This document shows, one piece after another, positions 60,601 through 64,000 of a DNA stretch of 64,000 nucleotides. The DNA is from Phoronis australis (Eukaryota > Animalia > Phoronida), in assembly GCA_002633005.1 (NCBI GenBank), contig NMRA01000026.1, forward strand, positions 1,632,710-1,696,709. Reading direction: 5' to 3'. A program made the position numbers and the translations under genes. Positions within the stretch are counted from its first letter, which is position 1. Every line of letters begins with the position of its first letter. Below the pieces are notes generated by a model. The model was not told the origin of the DNA. It made no database searches and saw only the letters and a list, made by a program, of their open reading frames with translations.

Positions 60601-63423
60601 CTCCACTACAGCCAAAGGTGGTCGGTTCGACTGTACTGTCATGTCTCTCAGTGTGTTGCTGGACTACAGACCTGAGGACAACAAAGAACACTCATTTGAG
60701 GTAATATTGTCGGTGTGTTTATTAACTAGGACAGACTTGAAGTACACCTTTCTATCAATAAAAGCATTCTTCCCATGTGGAGTTCGTACAAAAGTTGTGT
60801 ATGGTCCATCCGCTAGTCATGCCAGCATTTCATTAATAGTTAATGTTTATGACTCCATGTCCACTGGTATGTGCAACCATTTTTAAGAAGTGAATGCTTC
60901 ATAACTGTCTTTTTCCTGACATATTAGCTGTGGTCAGGTATTGTGCAACTTCAACAATAGATTACAGCAGTGACTTTGATTACCAACTTCTCTATACCAT
61001 CACTGAAGACCAACCTCTTCATTAGTTCATTAAAGACTGACTTCCCCTGCCCTTCACTGAAAGCAAGTTCCTCAGCCTTTCTCTGAAAGAACTTGCCCTG
61101 ACCATCGCTGAAGAACAACTTCCATTCACTGAAAACAACTTCTAATGTCCTGAACTGGAAACCAACTTCCCCAGTCCTTACTGAATTCAAACTCCTAGGC
61201 TTACATTGAAGACCAACTTCCTGAGTCCCCTAAAGACAAATTTCTTCAATCCTTCACCGAAGTCCATTTTCTGCACTACTTCACTGAAGACTTGCCTTCC
61301 TAATCCTCTAATGAGGACAAACTTCCCCAGTGTTAAATGTTAAAGGGACCGCCAACTTCTCCTGGCCTTCTATGAAGACCAACTCTCTTATTCATTCTTG
61401 TATCCTACAGGTGTCCTTGTTTGCTGAGCTATTCAACGAGATGCTGATGCGAGACTTTGGCTTCACCATGTACAAGTGCCTGTTGGCGGCACCAGAACCC
61501 AAGGAGGAAGACAAGGAGAAAAAGGATGAGAAGAAAGATGAAAAAAAAGACAAGTCAGGGAACTCGGTGAGTACACCTCAGTGTGAAGGATAGCGCTTGC
61601 TGGTTGTAGTGGTGGTAGGTACATAAACTTTACACCAAATCGTTGTCGATGAACTCCTTCTATTGCTGGGATTTTTGTGCGCCTACATATTTATATGTGG
61701 TCGCATATTGCCGTCATCTCTGTCTGGGCGTCCGCGGCTGTATCTCCAAAACCCCTTGCAGGATCTTATTGAAATTTGACAGGTGTGTTCCTATGGGGTT
61801 GACGACAGAGGGCGACGAGTTTCGGACCAACCCGAATACCGCTGTGCCCCCTTGTGGCAATTTTAGTTTTTTACATTTACCTCTGTATTTTCAAAGGCCC
61901 TTAATCGATTTACGTGAAATTTGGAACGTAGGCATCTATTAATAAGTTGACGCTATCCTCCGGTTTTTGGATGGATTGGAGGCATTTTGCACCATCTTGT
62001 GGCCATTTTTACTATTTTCGAGTAGTTTTTTTTTTTTGGCATCTGCCCCTCTAACAACCAAACCACTCGAAGGATGATTGTGAAAATTGGCATATGTGTT
62101 CTTACTATGAAGAAGACAGTTGACGATGATTTTCTGACGACTGACTACTGTGGCGCCTCCTAGTGGCAGTTTTGTTTGTTTTTGCGCCCATGGCTGTATC
62201 TCCTAAACGCTCTACAGGATCTTTATTAAATTTAGCAAAATGTATTTATATGAAGTTGACAACAGACGACGGCGACTTTCGGACAGATCGGTGTACCGGT
62301 ATGCCCCTTAGTGGCAATTATAGTTTTTTTATGTTTTCCTCCATATCTTCAAAGGTCTTCAACGGATTTCCATAAAATTTAGCACATAGACATCTATTAG
62401 TGAGGTGACGCTAGCCATTGATCTTTGATTGATTCAAGGTATTTTGCGCCACCTAGTGGCCATTTTTGTTGTTTTCGAGTCTGTTTTTTGGCGTCCCTCC
62501 CTCTGTCAACCAAACCACTCTAAGGATGATTGTGAAAGTTGGCATGTATGTTCTTTCTATGAAGGAGACGGTTGACGAGTAATTTCCGACGACTTCGACT
62601 ACTGTGGTGTCTCCTAGTGGTGGTTTTGTTTTTTTGCACCCATACTTGTATCTTCTAAGCCCTCTGCAGGATCTTTATTAAATTTAGCTTGTGTATTTAT
62701 ATGAAGTTAACAAGAGAAGACAATAACTTTTAGAAGGATCCCACAAACACTGTGCCCCTAGTGGCAATTTCATTTGTTTTCATTTTTCTCTATTTCTTTG
62801 AAGTTCCTCGATGAATTTTATGAAATTCAGTAAATGGCTTTCTTTTAATGAAACAATGACATTTTCTGGTTTTCAGACGGATTCGGCGTATTTTGCGCCA
62901 TCTAGTGGCCATTTTGATGATACAAATAAACAACTCTAAAAGCATACCATTTGCGATGCATTCGTGGGCGCATTTTAACGCTACGCGTTGCTCTTGTATA
63001 GTATGTCTGCCGTATCTTCGCTTGTGGTCCACGTAAGATTCGCTCATCATCAACTTTTTGTTGGAGTAGCGCTTGAATTGTACCATAGTGTAGCGATGGT
63101 GTAGAACTGTGCCACTTTGAGCTTGTGACTGACTTACTGAAGGACTACTGGATAGGAATAGTCTTGGAGGAATTGATTTTATGTTATGGTATTAATAAAA
63201 GACACCCTTAACAAACATCGTTGAAGTGTGACTGGTCATAGGTTCCACTGATGTCCTGTTTCTGGATATACTTTGTTTTGTATGGCAATGCTGTTGCTGT
63301 GTATGACCTTGTTCATGTATTGTTGTTCAGGAGCCAAGTTCAAAGAAGCGGAGGGTTGATGACAGGGTTGATGAGAAGAAGGAAGACAGGAAAGAGGATA
63401 AAGACAAGAAAGATGATCGTAAG
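51663..63423 (+). CDS. CCAR1: Cell division cycle and apoptosis regulator 1 (S1-like, RS-rich, DBC1/Nudix-like and SAP domains), 3' partial
   Basis: Exons 51663-51866 (MAQFGGAKNPPW), 52863-52898, 53400-53584 (VSYPTPR...KQRVFTGTVTKLHDTFGFVDEDVFFQ), 54451-54565 (VGDRVLVEASYNPNMPFKWNA), 55123-55273, 55435-55687 (RS-rich), 56438-56663 (RYPNMYIPSDFF), 57001-57281 (MAIGGPWSPSLDG), 57553-57757 (YRFAEIRYHR; GC donor), 58459-58554, 58981-59115 (SAP: VNDLRKELEARNISAKGLKSQLIARL), 59878-59970, 60509-60700 (MSLSVLLDYRPEDNKEHSFE), 61411-61566 (VSLFAELFNEML), 63331-63423. Phases consistent; no stop codon in the window. Confidence 0.96.
56231..56330 (+). mobile_element. Penelope-like retroelement end, second copy, with hammerhead-like core
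   Basis: agtctgtagcacaccc-TTGACAA-a-gagcg-cat-cgctc-GAAA-cgtgggaatattttaatatattttagtaccgac, homologous to 23962-24068. Confidence 0.6.
59802..59860. repeat. 26-bp tandem duplication just upstream of a CCAR1 splice acceptor
   Basis: acctgtgtccagctgtatgtaactgt at 59802 and 59828. Confidence 0.85.
60074..60306. mobile_element. Degenerate GGGCC-type MITE (Harbinger-like)
   Basis: gggcctgttttatcaaagg ... cctttgataaaatggagacc inverted termini. Confidence 0.45.
60995..61385. repeat. Degenerate minisatellite (about 33-bp unit, core cactgaagaccaacttcc)
   Basis: Recurrent (c)actgaagac(c)aacttcc-like motifs at roughly 33-bp spacing through the intron. Confidence 0.65.
61672..62997 (+). mobile_element. 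Helentron/HINE-like element with internal tandem array, copy 2 (CCAR1 intron)
   Basis: Same ends as 13921-15571: GTGCGCCTAC (61677-61686) / GTGGGCGCAT (62964-62973) and terminal ttgctcttgt; same about 140-bp subunits, fewer copies. Confidence 0.8.
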
Positions 63424-63737
63424 GTGAGTGTTTCTTGTTAATCACAATACAAAGGTTACCGTGGCCATACCAGCACTGTCAGCACTACACTCTGCCCCAG
63501 TGCTGTGTGTTATGTCTTAAGAGGGTGAATATGGCTTGTTGTTACTTAACAGAATGAACTAACATTCTGACATTTCATTGGTTTGGAAGTTGAGAAATAC
63601 CTATAGGGTGTGCTGCATCAACAACAACAGACTTAACTCATTCCACACAAGTTTGTTTTCTGTGACCTCATCAATGTGGTATGGCATCGAGCAAAACAAT
63701 TGGAACAATCCACCATACTCTGCTCTCCTTACCTCTG

Positions 63738-63893
63738 GACTCATTCTACTAGCCATCATTTCAGACTCACTCTACTAGCCATACTTACAGACTCATTCTA
63801 CTAGCCATACTTTCAGACTCACTCTACTAGCCATACTTTTAGACTCATTCTACTTGCCATACTTTCAGACTCATTCTACTAGCCATACTTTTA
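63738..63893. repeat. 26-bp minisatellite, 6 copies
   Basis: gactcaYtctactagccatactttca-like units start at 63738, 63764, 63790, 63816, 63842 and 63868. Confidence 0.92.
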
Positions 63894-64000
63894 GGCAGCA
63901 CTTAACTTAAGGAGAACTTGACAAGTAGGATCTATTTTGTCGTTGCAGTTACTGTGTTTACATTTGTTTTCTTTGGTCCAAGATGGTCAGAATCTGTTGT

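Noticed and set aside
60995-61385. Repeat-with-variable-spacer appearance and overlapping 79-aa ORF
   Set aside because: The 'spacers' resemble each other; this is a decayed minisatellite and the ORF is its translation.
51867-63330. Box C/D snoRNA in CCAR1 introns
   Set aside because: Scattered TGATGA-like and CTGA motifs, but no C/D pair with a terminal stem and plausible spacing found by eye; needs a covariance-model search.
63738-63893. Regular 26-bp repeats as a possible CRISPR array
   Set aside because: Units are contiguous with no unique spacers, there are no cas genes, and the context is a eukaryotic intron.

Overview
AT-rich, intron-containing animal genomic DNA, probably from a bilaterian invertebrate; the species cannot be determined from the sequence. 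I assembled five protein-coding genes by reading splice sites and exon phases. (1) A minus-strand CARD + death-domain gene, running off the left edge and interrupted by a single N at 2047. (2) A complete 8-exon mitochondrial enoyl-CoA hydratase (ECHS1, +, 297 aa), head-to-head with gene 1. (3) A complete 7-exon DOK7-like PH-PTB adaptor (-, about 1267 aa) with a very long tyrosine-motif-rich tail. (4) A single-coding-exon rolling-stone-like membrane protein gene (+) nested antisense in DOK7 intron 2. (5) CCAR1 (+), running off the right edge. Introns and spacers hold many non-autonomous elements: a LINE 3' end, TIR elements/MITEs with TA, TTAA, 7-, 8- and 9-bp target duplications, two Helentron/HINE-like elements with internal tandem arrays, two Penelope-like ends and a THAP fossil. 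The best leads are a CCAR1 GC-AG intron with a candidate 20-nt poison microexon and hairpin, mobile tandem arrays of CTCF-consensus motifs, U3-A8 hammerhead-like motifs, the hybrid DOK7 signalling tail and the apparently non-catalytic nested rolling-stone paralogue. All calls are by eye; no searches were run, and I found no clearly novel multi-gene system.
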